A stretch of DNA of 64,000 bases, taken from NCBI GenBank assembly GCA_024635455.1, contig JAGXIU010000002.1, forward strand, positions 108,309 through 172,308, in the 5' to 3' direction. This DNA comes from Candidatus Saccharimonadota bacterium. GTDB taxonomy: Bacteria; Patescibacteriota; Saccharimonadia; Saccharimonadales; SLHW01. The notes beneath the pieces are model-generated. The model saw nothing but the letters and a program-made list of their open reading frames with translations, searched no databases and was not told where the DNA came from. This document shows positions 18,492 through 28,438 of the stretch, piece after piece. The position numbers and the translations under genes are program-made. How positions within the stretch are numbered: position 1 is the first letter of the stretch; every line of letters begins with the position of its first letter.

Positions 18492-19454
18492 GTGTTTGAG
18501 TCGCTTATTGTTCAGCCAATCTTTAACTTGCTCGTGTTCATATACGCCTTAGTACCAGGTGGCAACTTCGGTATAAGCGTTATTATTTTCACCATTCTGG
18601 TGCGTTTTTTGATGTTGCCACTGGTGCGCAAGCAATTGCACCAAACACGGGCTATGCGCAAGCTCCAGCCAGAGATAAAGAAGATAAAGAAGTCCGCCAA
18701 AGGTAATCGTCAGCTCGAGTCAACCATGCTCATGGAGCTGTACAAAGAACGTGGTATTAACCCTTTCTCCTCTATCGGTACATTGATTATTCAGCTGGTA
18801 ATATTTATCGGATTGTACACCGGGCTTGTTCGTATTATTAATGATCATGCAGAGATAGTGAACTTCGCCTACGGTTGGCTGCAAGGTCTTCCAGCTCTAC
18901 AGGCAATTTCAGATAACCCAAGCTCGTTTGACTTCACATTATTTGGTCTTGTTGATCTGTCTCGTGCTGCTATTGGTTCAGCCGGCTTTTATATACCCGC
19001 CTTTATTCTGGTGGTCGGTAGTGCAGTTACGCAGTTTTTCCAGAGTAGTCAGCTAATGCCAAAAGACGAGAACGCTCGTGGCCTAAAGCAAATCCTCAAA
19101 GATGCCCAAGCCGGCAAGCAGGCTGATGCCTCAGAGACAAACGCAGCAGTCGGACAGAGTATGAAGTACTTTATACCGTTCATGATCTTCTTTGTGACAA
19201 TTGGTCTCGCATCTGCACTCAGCTTGTACTGGTTCACAAGTGGTTTGGTGGCGTACTGGCAACAGTCACGTATCTTGAAGGAAGACGAGACCGAGATGGA
19301 GGCTATTGGCGCTGAGCAAAAAAGCGATATTATTGAAGGGGAAGTTGTTAAAAACCCAAGCAGCCAAACAGCCGCCAAGCAGTCGAACAAAAAATCCAGC
19401 ACCTACAAAAAGAAAAAGAGCTCCAGCAAGTCAAATAAGCGGAGGAAAAAATGA
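18492..19454 (+). CDS. yidC: Membrane protein insertase YidC (short Gram-positive/Oxa1 type)
   Basis: 320 aa with a GTG start and five hydrophobic helices. The lysine-rich tail is KKSSTYKKKKSSSKSNKRRKK. The position after rnpA is conserved. Confidence 0.9.
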   Translation: MFESLIVQPIFNLLVFIYALVPGGNFGISVIIFTILVRFLMLPLVRKQLHQTRAMRKLQPEIKKIKKSAKGNRQLESTMLMELYKERGINPFSSIGTLIIQLVIFIGLYTGLVRIINDHAEIVNFAYGWLQGLPALQAISDNPSSFDFTLFGLVDLSRAAIGSAGFYIPAFILVVGSAVTQFFQSSQLMPKDENARGLKQILKDAQAGKQADASETNAAVGQSMKYFIPFMIFFVTIGLASALSLYWFTSGLVAYWQQSRILKEDETEMEAIGAEQKSDIIEGEVVKNPSSQTAAKQSNKKSSTYKKKKSSSKSNKRRKK

Positions 19455-20017
19455 GTGAATCAACCGAGCAGAACCAATCAGTTGAGGAAGCAATCCAGTT
19501 CGCCAAGAAGTACCTAGAGGACCTGTTATCTTTTTTTGGGCTGAATACTGACGTATACGCAACTACAGAAGACGGTGAAGTTATTGAGCTACACGTACCT
19601 AGCACTAACCTCAACGGCTTCCTGATAGGACAACGAGGCGACACATTGCGCGCCATCCAATCTATAGTCAGTACGGCGCTCAAAAACGGTAATTATGCTC
19701 ATAACCGTGTCAGCGTTGACATTGCCGAGTACAAAAAAGCTCGCGCAGACCGCTTAGCAGAAAAAGCCCAATCTTGGGTAGACAAAGTTAAAGAATCAGG
19801 TGAGGAAATGGCCCTCAAACCTATGAATGCTGCCGACAGGCGCACAGTGCACAAGCTCGCTATTGATGAAGGACTGGAAACAGAGTCAGTTGGTGAGGGG
19901 AAAGATCGGCATGTAGTGCTCAAGCCAACTGGTGAGCCGCAACCACCCAAGGTTGAAGAAGAGGGTGAAGAGGTCACAGAAGACAAAGAAGACAAAGAAG
20001 ACAAAGAAGACAAATAG
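19451..20017 (+). CDS. jag: Jag/KhpB-like RNA-binding protein (KH + R3H)
   Basis: 188 aa with ATGA coupling to yidC and GGAGG upstream. The GxxG KH-like motif is FLIGQRGDTLRAIQ and the R3H motif is MNAADRRTVHKLA. Confidence 0.8.
   Translation: MSESTEQNQSVEEAIQFAKKYLEDLLSFFGLNTDVYATTEDGEVIELHVPSTNLNGFLIGQRGDTLRAIQSIVSTALKNGNYAHNRVSVDIAEYKKARADRLAEKAQSWVDKVKESGEEMALKPMNAADRRTVHKLAIDEGLETESVGEGKDRHVVLKPTGEPQPPKVEEEGEEVTEDKEDKEDKEDK
19979..20014 (+). repeat. Tandem repeat (GAAGACAAA)x4 encoding the EDK repeat tail of Jag
   Basis: Four perfect 9-bp units lie directly before the TAG stop. Confidence 0.95.
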
Positions 20018-20032
20018 CCGGTACTCGTCTAG

Positions 20033-22546
20033 TTAGCGGTCTTCTTTAAACAAAGGGTGTGCATCCAGTAATTTGTACAGCTTCTCTGGTAGCATAACTT
20101 CAGCAACGGCGCGCCGGTCTGTCAGGTCAGCCTTTCGCAAACACGGCAGCAATCGGCGCATACTTCCGTCCTCGGGTTTATTATTTTTTGTATTGCTTCT
20201 GTCACGTTTATTTTTGTGCGGTGCCTGCGGCGGTCCGGTGCTATTTTTGCAGGATACGATCGCATCAATACTCTCATTTAATGCATCCTCTTCATCGTCG
20301 TCTGGATCCGGCATTGCTAGGTAGGCTTCGTCTTCAGCAATGAAAATTGTTTTATGAATTGAGACTGGCTGATCAACCACATCGTTGCCCAGTATCTTCA
20401 AAGAGTGATAGCCTGGCTCTATGGTGTCGGGTACAGTTACTTCTGTATTAATACGACCGTTTTCATCAGTTATTGTTGTTGCCAAGAATACTGGCTCAGA
20501 GTGTAACCACACCTCGTACGGTGTGTTTGGCTGCAGTGTATAGTCTTTAGTATTTGTGGTTATCTGCAGCACATCACTATGGTAGCTAGTGTCGCTAGTT
20601 ATGTTGCTATCGTGGTGCGTGGTTCGCAGCAAACGGTCTTCGTAACCATACGGGCTGGTGTCATAGAGATTTTGCACAGTCGCAGCATCCTCAAACCAGC
20701 GGTTTGGGTTTGGCTCGGGCATCTGAACGGAGAAGTTTTCGGTCTGTTCAATGATCTTTGACTGAAGCAAGAAGTTACCAAATTCCGTCGGGTGAAAGCT
20801 CTCGTTGCCAATCGGTCCACGCAATAGCTCAAATATATCGTTGCCCGCCGTGAGTCCGTTGACCGCTGGACTGGCAGTGTCCTCGCAAAGCTTGTGTCCC
20901 ACAAATGCATCGGCAACATCGACGTAATATATGCCCGCGCGGTCAGCAGCAATTTCTACTGCCTGGTTTAAATAGGCAATCAAGTGCGTCGTAAAGGCAA
21001 CTTCATCGCTATTGAGTCGCACGTTCGTGCCGCAATTTCCTTCGGGCGCTGCGACCTGCGGATAGCCGACGGCATAGACTCGTGCATCAAGTGCGGCATT
21101 CCGGCGTAGGTTATTGTAGGCTTCCTCGAGGCGCGGTATCTGCCGTTGTATTTCTTGGCTCAGCTCGACTCGGTCTTCTGTCGAGCCGTAACAGGTGCCG
21201 GCCATAACGCATTTCTGCACGATGCCGTTAAAATCGATGTCATTACCGCTGGCAGAGACGGTGATGTTCTGTGGTCGGTAGTGCTGCACGAAGGTTGACT
21301 GATTGATGTAGCCAGGGCTGAAACTATCCAGGATAGAATTAATTTCTTCTTCTGAACGTTCGCGCTGAATCTTCTTGTCGACCTGTCCTTGATAAGAGCT
21401 AAGAGGGCTGAAACTAATATCATCAATTTCAGCTCCAGAGCAGGCAATAGAATCATAGCTACCCATCTCGAGCGAGCTGCCTAGCAAAAATGGATAAGAG
21501 TGTGTTGAGACATGGCAGATGTTGTCGCGGGTGTCAGTACCAGATTTATAAGCAAATGCTCCTTCGCCCGATGCATAAGAATCACCTAACGCCAAATATT
21601 CCATGCCCGCTTCAGCTGAACCATCTGCGTTTATGACCATGAGCTTGTCACGCCGCAATGAATTATCCAGTAACACTCGCGAAATTATTTGAGCATACAA
21701 CGCATCATTATTTTGAAAGCGCAGTAACTCTACCATCTCCATTGTCGAGAAGCCCTGGCTGCGCAAGAGGTTGTCTAGGTCAATTTCCGCGCAGGTGTGA
21801 TGGTGTTCCCGTTCTAGTGTCGGTATGCAATCAGTCAGGTTATACAGGCGCAGAACACGAGAGCTGCCTACGGCAACATAGTTTCCATCAGGAGATATAG
21901 CAATTTTTGCCTCATCACTAAACGATTCGCCGAAGTAAAAGCCTTCACCGCTGGAGGTATCAATCCTGACAAATCCATGTCGTTCTGCATCCGTCACCAT
22001 CCATGCCCCACTAGCAGAAAACGCACTGGTATATAGTGATGTGCGCGCGCCAAGCTCGTCGACATCAGTAAGCAAAAGCTCACCGCCGGAGTCATCAAAC
22101 TGGTGATAGGTTGTCGCAAACTCGGTCGATGTTTCAATCTTGCTGTTCATGTCTCGGTGCAAGTACAGTCGATAACCTGTATACGAATTGCCATAACGGG
22201 CAAATAGATTGTTTGAGTGTGGAATAGGGGTAAAGGAGCTCATTCCACGTATCTCGCCAACCTCGGCTGTGCCGTTGCGTGCTAGATAGTTTGTTCCAAT
22301 GACTCGTCCGTACCCTGTCTGTACATGACAACCTGCTGGCTGATCGCTTAGCAAGGGCGAACCATAACTGTCGCAATCCCAGTTGTTTGGATAATGAGCC
22401 GGGGTTTTACCGCTGATGAGTTGTGCCGGTGCATGAACGTCATAGCCTGTAGTGTCGCTACCCCATTCGGCAAAAGCGGTTTCGCTCACCAATGTGAGGC
22501 TCGCGAGAATGCTAATAGTTAGAATAAACACAGAATAAAACTTCAC
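20033..22546 (-). CDS. Large secreted SGNH/GDSL-family hydrolase
   Basis: 837 aa. The signal peptide is MKFYSVFILTISILASLTLVSETAFA. The SGNH blocks are YLALGDSYASGEG, ACSGAEI, SASGNDI and ESFHPTEFG. Confidence 0.7.
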   Translation of the reverse strand: MKFYSVFILTISILASLTLVSETAFAEWGSDTTGYDVHAPAQLISGKTPAHYPNNWDCDSYGSPLLSDQPAGCHVQTGYGRVIGTNYLARNGTAEVGEIRGMSSFTPIPHSNNLFARYGNSYTGYRLYLHRDMNSKIETSTEFATTYHQFDDSGGELLLTDVDELGARTSLYTSAFSASGAWMVTDAERHGFVRIDTSSGEGFYFGESFSDEAKIAISPDGNYVAVGSSRVLRLYNLTDCIPTLEREHHHTCAEIDLDNLLRSQGFSTMEMVELLRFQNNDALYAQIISRVLLDNSLRRDKLMVINADGSAEAGMEYLALGDSYASGEGAFAYKSGTDTRDNICHVSTHSYPFLLGSSLEMGSYDSIACSGAEIDDISFSPLSSYQGQVDKKIQRERSEEEINSILDSFSPGYINQSTFVQHYRPQNITVSASGNDIDFNGIVQKCVMAGTCYGSTEDRVELSQEIQRQIPRLEEAYNNLRRNAALDARVYAVGYPQVAAPEGNCGTNVRLNSDEVAFTTHLIAYLNQAVEIAADRAGIYYVDVADAFVGHKLCEDTASPAVNGLTAGNDIFELLRGPIGNESFHPTEFGNFLLQSKIIEQTENFSVQMPEPNPNRWFEDAATVQNLYDTSPYGYEDRLLRTTHHDSNITSDTSYHSDVLQITTNTKDYTLQPNTPYEVWLHSEPVFLATTITDENGRINTEVTVPDTIEPGYHSLKILGNDVVDQPVSIHKTIFIAEDEAYLAMPDPDDDEEDALNESIDAIVSCKNSTGPPQAPHKNKRDRSNTKNNKPEDGSMRRLLPCLRKADLTDRRAVAEVMLPEKLYKLLDAHPLFKEDR

Positions 22547-22605
22547 AATAACACCAAACGTTTGTACCCCATAGTGACATATATTCTACAAATTGCAAAA
22601 AACGG

Positions 22606-23205
22606 CTAATCTGTTAACGAAAAATGCTCTGTCATTGCAGGTTTGGTGCAAGAGAGGGTGGTATGAAAACTGCTATCACTGGTCCTACCAAAGGAATAGT
22701 CCACAGAGCATAATATGTCGCCGCTATCACCTATGTCTTGGTAGGCATACAAGCTATCATTTTCGCCGCTAACATAGTCTGATTCTGAAAAAACACCGCC
22801 AGTTTCTGTGCGTAAATTACTATTGAACTGATCGGTGATAGTTTCTAGAATTTTATTCGCTCCCAGTGGTTCATTAATGTCAACTTCTGCGCTTATTAAT
22901 ACTGTGCAAGTAAGGTCTCCTTCTGCGCTCTTTCTGCTGGAATACCGGCAGAATCGGTCGCGTTCAACCGAGTCAGGTTGCATGACCGTGGCGATCTTTT
23001 CCTCATACACTTGCTCGAGCTTGGCTTCAGCGTCAATGAACTCTTGACGCTCGACCTCCTGTTGGTACGGGATAAACACAAAGATGTAGCTGAGTGTGAT
23101 GGCTAGTACCGCGATGGCGGCATATACCAAGACAGCGGTGCGGTTATGTAGCACGTGGTTTTTGCTCGTTTTTGTATTGGTTGGTTTTTGCTTCTGTTTT
23201 ACCAT
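22606..23205 (-). CDS. Bitopic hypothetical protein
   Basis: 199 aa. A basic N-terminus is followed by one TM (VLVYAAIAVLAITLSYIFVFI) and a small ectodomain with Cys residues. Confidence 0.5.
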   Translation of the reverse strand: MVKQKQKPTNTKTSKNHVLHNRTAVLVYAAIAVLAITLSYIFVFIPYQQEVERQEFIDAEAKLEQVYEEKIATVMQPDSVERDRFCRYSSRKSAEGDLTCTVLISAEVDINEPLGANKILETITDQFNSNLRTETGGVFSESDYVSGENDSLYAYQDIGDSGDILCSVDYSFGRTSDSSFHTTLSCTKPAMTEHFSLTD

Positions 23206-23227
23206 GATTTTATTGTAACGTATCTGT

Positions 23228-24334
23228 CTATTTCTCTAGAACTTCCTGGTAGATGCCTAGGGTTTCTTGGCTCATGCGTTTCCAAGAGAATTTTTTGGCT
23301 TGGTTTTTGCCAGCCGCGATAAGTTTTGTGCGTAGCTTTTTATCAGTCATGACGTTCTCGATAGCTTCCGCCATTTCGTGTGTGTCATTCGGGTCAAAGT
23401 ATACTGCCGCGTCACCATATACTTCTGGTAGACAGGTAGCATCACTGCTTGCTACCGGACAGCCATGCACCATAGCCTCTAATCCCGGCAAACCAAAGCC
23501 TTCGCTAAACGATGGAAAGACGTAGACTTCGGCGTTTTCATACAGCCACTTCAGCTCCTCGTCGCTCACAAAGCCGGTGAAGGTAATCCTGTCTCGTGCA
23601 GGAGAGTTTTTTAGACTTTCCTCAAGCCATTTAGAGTGCTTTTCGCGTTTGCCAGTCAGAACTAGCGTGAGGTCGCTGTGCTTTTCAGCCAGCCCTTCAA
23701 ACGCAGCCACTAAGCCCTCTAGGTTTTTGTGTGGGAAGGCACTACCCACATACAGCAAGAAAGGCTTGCTTACGCCATGTAGTTCTTTAGCTTCTGCTTT
23801 GAGCGGTGGTTCACTAGCCTCATAGGTTCGGGTAATCTTGCCCATAGTAAATTTGTGGAATGAGCCAACGTCTTCTGCTACAAAATTGGTCGGTACAATA
23901 ATGCGCTCGGCCTTGCGGTGCGCGCTCCACATCAGCAGTCGGTAGCCCAGCATACGTAACCAGTGCAGCGGTAGCGGCAGCTTGCCCTTGCGCACGTAGC
24001 GATACATGGTCAGATCATGCGTCATGGTAATTTGTTTGCCAAAGTAACACAGCGGTTGTTGACCCGTCATCGTGAAGTGCACTAAGTCTGGCTTGAGCTT
24101 ACGTAAAAATCGAGCAAAAGATATTTGCCGCAGTGGGTTAAACGAGAATATCGGATAGGGGCAGGACAGCGGTGTAAAGTTGTCTTGCTGTGGCTGCCAT
24201 GGGTCATCTTGCTCTACAAGCACAGTGTAGCGGTTTTCTTGATCCATGGTTTGTAGGTGCTCTAAGAGACGCGCAACCGGACGGCCAGTGCTGGCGCGAC
24301 GGATGCGGGCATCTATAACTATGTGTTTGTTCAT
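23228..24334 (-). CDS. Glycosyltransferase family 4 (GT-B)
   Basis: 368 aa. It carries the E-x7-E region motif EGFGLPGLEAMVHGCPVASSDATCLPEVYGDAAVYFDP. Confidence 0.85.
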   Translation of the reverse strand: MNKHIVIDARIRRASTGRPVARLLEHLQTMDQENRYTVLVEQDDPWQPQQDNFTPLSCPYPIFSFNPLRQISFARFLRKLKPDLVHFTMTGQQPLCYFGKQITMTHDLTMYRYVRKGKLPLPLHWLRMLGYRLLMWSAHRKAERIIVPTNFVAEDVGSFHKFTMGKITRTYEASEPPLKAEAKELHGVSKPFLLYVGSAFPHKNLEGLVAAFEGLAEKHSDLTLVLTGKREKHSKWLEESLKNSPARDRITFTGFVSDEELKWLYENAEVYVFPSFSEGFGLPGLEAMVHGCPVASSDATCLPEVYGDAAVYFDPNDTHEMAEAIENVMTDKKLRTKLIAAGKNQAKKFSWKRMSQETLGIYQEVLEK

Positions 24335-24342
24335 TGGGGTTT

Positions 24343-24348
24343 AGTATA
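24343..24348 (-). promoter_or_regulatory. TATACT -10 box, 8 nt before ATG 24334
   Basis: On the minus strand the sequence reads gcTATACTaaaccccaATG. Confidence 0.4.
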
Positions 24349-24606
24349 GCAATTCTGCGTAGTTCCATTTTTGAATCGTCAAAAACGGAACAAAAAAAGC
24401 GACAGGCAGAAAAATTAGCACAATGTTCACTCACTTGTTCGTATCAGGATTTTGTGGAACTCACCTCGCTTCGCCCGCCTCAGACATCCTCGAATCACTG
24501 AATACTTACTGCGCTCGTTCACTTGGTAATTTTGAGCCTGTAGGGGCACATAAAGGTACAGAGGACTGGCGACTGATAACAAGAGACTGTTTTTAGCGCG
24601 GTAGCG

Positions 24607-24636
24607 CTGAATACGCAAGTTGAGTTGCGTATTCAG
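24607..24636. other. Perfect 12-bp inverted repeat (hairpin) in a 370-bp non-coding gap
   Basis: CTGAATACGCAA-gttgag-TTGCGTATTCAG. It lies ~70 nt downstream of the stop of the 24705-25688 gene. No U-tract follows on either strand. Confidence 0.6.
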
Positions 24637-24704
24637 ATTGGGTGGTATCAGTTTTATCGAGACCGATAAAATTTGGACCTCTTGGTAGTGTTGATTACCT
24701 TTTG

Positions 24705-25688
24705 TCAGTCATTCAAGCTAGCATAGCCTATGACAGGATAGTGTGCATTATGCTCGTCGTCTTCGGTTCGTTCCACTAGGGTCACTTCACTATCTAGGTA
24801 TCCGTTTTTTTGCATAGCTGTCTCTTCGTTTTTAGAGCCGTGCATAACAAACGATTTCATCACTAAGCTGTGTGTGGCGCCTACTAGTACTACCCTAACG
24901 CCGTTTTTTGTGAGTTCTTGAACATCAGGACTTTTATGAAACTCCTCAATCATATCTTCTAGGTCTTCGGCTATCATTTCTGATGAGCGTGTTTCTAGTC
25001 TCTCAGACTCCGCCTTTATTAGGGGGTGATTTTTTATAAAATATGTTTTGGCGTCACCCTCAAAACCTTCTTTCTCAGCTTGTTCATGCGCAAGACGCAG
25101 TAAAGAATCGAAGGGAGGTTCATCTGCTTCTTCGGTGAAGTTGTAACCAGCTTCACGTAATCTCTCGTCAGTCGATAGTTCGTAGTCAACAGCAAGACCA
25201 TCATTGGAGTCTGCCACAGACAATAGTCCGTCACGAAAGGCAGCTGCTGTACTCATAGTTCGGTTCCCAAATTTATGTGGAATATTGCTTGTGACGTATT
25301 CTTCGTTTATCCATTGTGTCGGGCTAGAGATTATTTTTACATAAGTAGGTACTTGATCTTCTAATAGCTTGTTAGCAAATGACTCGCCTACTTGATAAGT
25401 CTTTCGTAGACCTTCTTCTGTGCTCATCCCAGGAATATGAAGTGCTCTATCCACCGCTTTTTCATCGGCTGGGCCATAGTATCCATCAGACTTTGTTTCT
25501 CCCATGTGAACTGGTGCGTCACCAAGAATAGCGCCTGTCGAGGTATCGATTAGCTGAGGGTGCTTTTGTTTATCAAAAGAACTATGACGTAAAAAGCCAA
25601 CTACCAGTGCCCCCTCACCAGGAAGATGCACCTCAGGGTTAGATAGTAATTCTTGGTTTTTGAACGTTTTTGGTTCTACTTCTTTCAT
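24705..25688 (-). CDS. Hypothetical cytoplasmic protein (weak histidine-phosphatase-like features)
   Basis: 327 aa. It has FLRHSSF near the N-terminus and GATHSLV near the C-terminus. There is no TM or signal peptide. Confidence 0.45.
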   Translation of the reverse strand: MKEVEPKTFKNQELLSNPEVHLPGEGALVVGFLRHSSFDKQKHPQLIDTSTGAILGDAPVHMGETKSDGYYGPADEKAVDRALHIPGMSTEEGLRKTYQVGESFANKLLEDQVPTYVKIISSPTQWINEEYVTSNIPHKFGNRTMSTAAAFRDGLLSVADSNDGLAVDYELSTDERLREAGYNFTEEADEPPFDSLLRLAHEQAEKEGFEGDAKTYFIKNHPLIKAESERLETRSSEMIAEDLEDMIEEFHKSPDVQELTKNGVRVVLVGATHSLVMKSFVMHGSKNEETAMQKNGYLDSEVTLVERTEDDEHNAHYPVIGYASLND

Positions 25689-25846
25689 TTAAAATAGTTT
25701 AACACATTAAAATAAAAAAAGCAATAGCTATACAATCTAAAAGATCCTTTATATATAAAACATAGCGTTAGGCTTTTCTTTATACACTTTGACCAGGTAG
25801 CCACGTTCTTAAATGCTGATTGTCGGGTGACAAACGACAAAGGACT

Positions 25847-25867
25847 GTTCGCGCTGATTGCGCGAAC
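25847..25867. other. GC-rich 8-bp hairpin just upstream of the -10 box of the ligase-like gene
   Basis: GTTCGCGC-tgatt-GCGCGAAC. TAGAAT follows at 25874-25879, which is 7 nt before ATG 25887. Confidence 0.5.
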
Positions 25868-25886
25868 CTAGTGTAGAATTAGAGCA

Positions 25887-27260
25887 ATGAAAGAGGCTTT
25901 ACGCTCAGCTCAACCTGACACGTGGCCAGCCAGGGCGGCGCGCTATATATTCTTTGGCTTGTTGGGTTATATGCCACTGCACATCTTTCTATCTACTTGG
26001 ATAGGTACCAGCTTAGGTGTATTGGATTTTGCCAAGGTTGCTAAAGATATCGTTATGCTGTTTGGCTTTGGTCTGGCGCTCGGTGTCAGCGTGAAGAAGC
26101 CGTGGTTCAAGCATGTAGTGCAGGATAGGCTTGTATGGTTGATGGTTGCCTTTGGTGGTATTCATGTAGGGCTGATGCTCGCGCTAAACAATGATTTAGA
26201 TGCCGAACTTCTTGCACTGGCTTACAACACACGTTATCTGGTGTTCTTTCTCTATGCTGGCTTGTTAGCCAATTTGTATGATAGAGCGCATCTTGTTAAA
26301 CGTTCGGTGCAGATTGTGCTTGCCAGTGCATCTTTGGTGCTTATCTTCGGTGTTATGCAATACAACGTTTTGCCCCATAACATTATGGAACGCTTTGGAT
26401 ATTCGCGCGAGAACGGTGTATTATCAGCATTCTTTATTGACGATAAGGTAGATTTCCCGCGTGTTATGTCTACGGTGCGCGATCCAAACTCTTATGGATC
26501 TTACTTGCTCATTATTGTTGCGCTCGCCGCAACCTATTTACGAGCGGCTAAGCGCGTTGGTTCCCGCTACTTATTAATCGGCGTCTTGGGTCTGAGTGTT
26601 GTTAATCTGCTCCTGACGTTTTCTCGAAGCGCTTGGCTCGGCTTTGGGTTCGTATCCATCCTGCTGCTCGTATTTTGGGTTAAGGACGATCAGCGTCGCA
26701 AGAAGCTCTCGCGTGATGCCAAGGTAGTGGTATCAGCGGCGCTAATTGCACTACTCGTCATATCCGCCGGTAGCTTGTATGCAATCCGTGATAGTTATTC
26801 ATTTCAGAACATCGTCTTTCATGCTGATGAGAGCACCGTACTTGAGACGCCAAACCAGAAGCGTCTGCGCTTCTGGCGCGAATCAGTCAACAGTACCGTC
26901 GCAAAACCGGTTGGTCACGGTCCAGGGACTGCTGGTTTGCCGTCTATTCGCAATCAGGAGCAGGGCACAACCCTGAACGAAAACTACTACCTACAAATAG
27001 CTTATGAGGTTGGCGTGGTAGGCATCGCACTATTTATTAGTATTCTGACTATCGTTGCGCTCCGCCTGTGGCGCTCCGCCAAGCGCAACACTATTGCCGT
27101 TGCCTTGTTGGCGAGCTTTGTTGGGCTGGCTATAACCAACTTCTTGGTGCACATCTGGGCCAACGAAGCTGTTGCCTACACCTGGTGGGGTATAGCCGGC
27201 CTAGTTGTCGTCGTGGGTACCAAGCCAGTCATACAAACCAAGAAAAAGCCCATCAAATAA
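25887..27260 (+). CDS. O-antigen ligase/polymerase-like (Wzy_C family) polytopic membrane protein
   Basis: 457 aa with ~10-12 TM. The LLTFSRSAWLGF segment and large external loop are typical of the family. Confidence 0.7.
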   Translation: MKEALRSAQPDTWPARAARYIFFGLLGYMPLHIFLSTWIGTSLGVLDFAKVAKDIVMLFGFGLALGVSVKKPWFKHVVQDRLVWLMVAFGGIHVGLMLALNNDLDAELLALAYNTRYLVFFLYAGLLANLYDRAHLVKRSVQIVLASASLVLIFGVMQYNVLPHNIMERFGYSRENGVLSAFFIDDKVDFPRVMSTVRDPNSYGSYLLIIVALAATYLRAAKRVGSRYLLIGVLGLSVVNLLLTFSRSAWLGFGFVSILLLVFWVKDDQRRKKLSRDAKVVVSAALIALLVISAGSLYAIRDSYSFQNIVFHADESTVLETPNQKRLRFWRESVNSTVAKPVGHGPGTAGLPSIRNQEQGTTLNENYYLQIAYEVGVVGIALFISILTIVALRLWRSAKRNTIAVALLASFVGLAITNFLVHIWANEAVAYTWWGIAGLVVVVGTKPVIQTKKKPIK

Positions 27261-27401
27261 ATAATTTAAATCGAGGGCCATTCAAGGTGTTATAATTTAG
27301 GTATGATTTTTTAATCATAGCCACATAAAATTTTGTACCACACAAGATTTTTAATAGAGTTTAAATAATTTGTTATTCAACGAGGGAAAGGTTATTACAG
27401 T

Positions 27402-28436
27402 ATGAAGTCAGCATTAATAACAGGTATTACAGGACAGGACGGCGGCCATCTTGCTAAATTGCTTCATGAGAAGGGCTATGATGTTTACGGTATCATAAGA
27501 GGCCAACATAATCCCAAGCGTCTTATTACTGAAGTAGAGTTTCCATACGTTAAGTTAATCGAGGCTGATTTAACCGATCAATCTTCACTAATTAGGGCTA
27601 TGAATACAGCTAAGCCAGACGAGGTCTACAATCTCGCTGCTGTGAGCCACGTTGGCTATTCTTTCAAAAATCCTCAGCTTACCTCAGATGTAACTGGTAA
27701 GGGCGTACTTAATATACTAGAGGCCATTCGCTTAAGTGGAGGTGAAAAGACAGTCCGATTTTATCAAGCCTCTACATCAGAAATGTATGGTGGCCTGGAG
27801 TACAATAGGCCAGAAAATGGCTATACTGAAGACGCAGTATTCCATCCACGAAGTCCTTACGGTGTTGCTAAACTATATGCTCACTGGATAGCACTAAACT
27901 ATCGTGAAAGTTACGATATGCATATAAGTTGTGGAATCCTTTTTAACCACGAAGGCCCACGAAGGGGAATCGAGTTCGTGACCAGAAAAGTGAGCAATGC
28001 CGTTGCACGTATTGAGCTGGGTAAGCAAGAAGTTCTAGAGCTGGGAAATATGGACGCAAAACGGGACTGGGGATATGCCGGAGACTACGTCGAAGGTATG
28101 TGGCGAATGCTACAACAAGATAAACCCGGTGATTACGTACTCGCTACCGGAGAGACTCACTCTGTTCGGGAGTTTGTAGAGCTCGCCTTCAAAGAGATTG
28201 ACATCACAATAGAATGGCGCGGTGAAGCAGAAAGAGAAGAAGGGGTTGATGCTGATAGCGGAAAAGTCCTTGTTAAAATAAACCCAGAGTTTTATCGTCC
28301 AGCAGAGGTAGATCTTTTGCTCGGTAACCCATCTAAAGCAGAAAAAAAGCTAGGCTGGAGTCGTAAAGTGGACTTTTCAGATCTTGTAAAAATGATGGTG
28401 CAGCACGACTTAGAGCTGGAAAAATCCAAACTTTAG
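27402..28436 (+). CDS. gmd: GDP-mannose 4,6-dehydratase
   Basis: 344 aa. The motifs are near-invariant Gmd motifs: ALITGITGQDGGHLAKLL, STSEMYG, SPYGVAKLYAHW and ILFNHEGPRRG. Confidence 0.95.
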   Translation: MKSALITGITGQDGGHLAKLLHEKGYDVYGIIRGQHNPKRLITEVEFPYVKLIEADLTDQSSLIRAMNTAKPDEVYNLAAVSHVGYSFKNPQLTSDVTGKGVLNILEAIRLSGGEKTVRFYQASTSEMYGGLEYNRPENGYTEDAVFHPRSPYGVAKLYAHWIALNYRESYDMHISCGILFNHEGPRRGIEFVTRKVSNAVARIELGKQEVLELGNMDAKRDWGYAGDYVEGMWRMLQQDKPGDYVLATGETHSVREFVELAFKEIDITIEWRGEAEREEGVDADSGKVLVKINPEFYRPAEVDLLLGNPSKAEKKLGWSRKVDFSDLVKMMVQHDLELEKSKL

Positions 28437-28438
28437 AA

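Noticed and set aside
24204-24618. 76-aa and 63-aa minus-strand ORFs in and around the 370-bp gap
   Set aside because: The first overlaps the GT4 N-terminus out of frame. The second has no start context (-10 or SD) and is Arg/Leu/Ser-rich. I treat the region as non-coding.
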